Assembly: GCA_963786955.1 (NCBI GenBank)
Contig: CAWBAT010000008.1
Location: forward strand, 384,001-448,000
Direction: 5' to 3'
From: an uncultured Acidimicrobiia bacterium
GTDB lineage: Bacteria; Acidobacteriota; Terriglobia; Versatilivoradales; Versatilivoraceae
DNA: 64,000 bases
Of this stretch, positions 62,855-64,000 are shown piece by piece. The translations under genes were made by a program, and so were the position numbers. The number at the start of each line of letters is the position of its first letter. Within the stretch, counting starts at the first letter, position 1. The notes beneath the pieces are model-generated. The model ran no database searches, had not been told where the DNA came from, and saw only the letters and a program-made list of their open reading frames with translations.

Positions 62855-64000
62855 TTGAAACCATCTGAATTTATTGAAGCGACTCCCCTGGGCGGATTAG
62901 GCGAGTTCGGGATGAACATGATGGTCCTTCGCTACGGGGACCACATGATTGTCATCGATGCCGGACTCATGTTCCCCGATGAGGAACTGCTGGGCATAGA
63001 TATTATTGTCCCGGATATCAGTTATCTGATTGAGAATGCGACTCACGTCAAAGCCATCTTCTTAACTCACGGGCATGAGGATCACATCGGGGCGTTGCCC
63101 TTTATTCTTCCGGCTCTGATCCACGTCCCGGTTTACGGAACACGTTTTACGCTCGAGCTGGTCAAAGCCAAACTGGCCGAGCATGGTCTGGAAAAAGACG
63201 CCAAGTTAGTAACAGTCCGCCCCCGCCAGGTAGAGGTCGTGGGTCCCTTCAGCGTGGAATTTATTCACGTGACCCATAGCATCGTCGATGCCGTCATGCT
63301 GGCGATTACCACCCCCATTGGGGTGATTCTTCACAGTGGGGATTATAAGATCGACTCGTCTCCCCTGGACGGCCAGGTGATGGACTTGCCGACCATCTCT
63401 GAATACGGCAGAAGAGGCGTTCTGGCTCTCTTTTCAGACAGCACAAACAGCAACCGTGCGGGTTATACCCCGTCCGAAACGACCGTCATTGAGCGTCTCG
63501 ATGAGATCTTTCATCACGCCGAAGGTAAGGTGATTGTCTCGTGTTTTTCTTCCTCGGTTCATCGAATTCAGATTGTCTTAAACTTGGCCCAGAAGTATCA
63601 CCGGAAAGTCGTGTTGGCGGGCAGGAGCCTGAACACGGTGGCCCGGGTCGCCGATGAATTGGGTTTTCTAAAGATCCCTGACGGAATCCTGCTGAAGCCA
63701 CAGGATGCCAAGAAATTGCCTTCCAATCGGATCGCCGTCCTTGCCACCGGGACTCAGGGAGAGCCGATGGCAGCGCTGCCCCGCCTCTGCGTAGATAGCT
63801 TTAAAGGGATTAAAATTGAGGCAGGGGATTCCGTCATCATTTCGGCAAGAATCATTCCAGGGAACGAAAAAGCGATCATGCGGATGATCAACCACATCTG
63901 CAAAAGTCAAGCCCATGCCTATTACGATGATGGATCACTCCCGCCGGTGCACGTTTCCGGTCACGGAAGCGCCGAAGAGCTCAAACTGATCCTGAATCTT
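62855..64000 (+). CDS. rnj: Ribonuclease J (partial; runs off the window end; missing from the supplied ORF track)
   Basis: PLGGLGEFGMN, THGHEDHIG, THSIVD, SDSTN, TGTQGEP and HVSGH. Confidence 0.96.
   Translation, partial: MKPSEFIEATPLGGLGEFGMNMMVLRYGDHMIVIDAGLMFPDEELLGIDIIVPDISYLIENATHVKAIFLTHGHEDHIGALPFILPALIHVPVYGTRFTLELVKAKLAEHGLEKDAKLVTVRPRQVEVVGPFSVEFIHVTHSIVDAVMLAITTPIGVILHSGDYKIDSSPLDGQVMDLPTISEYGRRGVLALFSDSTNSNRAGYTPSETTVIERLDEIFHHAEGKVIVSCFSSSVHRIQIVLNLAQKYHRKVVLAGRSLNTVARVADELGFLKIPDGILLKPQDAKKLPSNRIAVLATGTQGEPMAALPRLCVDSFKGIKIEAGDSVIISARIIPGNEKAIMRMINHICKSQAHAYYDDGSLPPVHVSGHGSAEELKLILNL

Overview
Bacterial chromosomal window of roughly mid-50s % GC (estimated by eye). Gene content and style (kinase/beta-propeller fusions, cytochrome c plus quinoprotein pair, BMC aldehyde dehydrogenase with a C-terminal extension) suggest Acidobacteriota; this is inference. 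Many genes, including essential ones (valS, birA, bamD), are split by single-base indels. I read these as uncorrected long-read errors and joined the fragments into single calls with approximate ends. Housekeeping genes: bamD, valS-nadC-birA-coaX, rlmD-like, mltD-like, comM, htrA-like, ltaE, rmuC, purA, trxA, glgA, rsmA and a partial rnj. Accessory genes: CzcCBA-type RND pump, GH116 hydrolase, MATE, ABC-2 exporter, ACP-acyl-AMP ligase-acyltransferase fusion and an Asp-box secreted protein. The most striking unexplained element is at the left edge. Positions 1-355 fold into a deeply nested multi-junction structure, probably the 3' part of a large non-coding RNA. It lies directly downstream of a two-gene bacterial microcompartment unit (BMC-H shell plus acylating aldehyde dehydrogenase), separated from it by a heptamer-based inverted repeat. 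Other notable items: a RomR-like receiver/scaffold before valS; a tandem kinase paralog collapsed by a microhomology deletion; a GxxExxY remnant between short inverted repeats; a candidate lanthanide-type quinoprotein; and several families of GTAG-type REP and heptamer repeats with no cognate transposase in the window.
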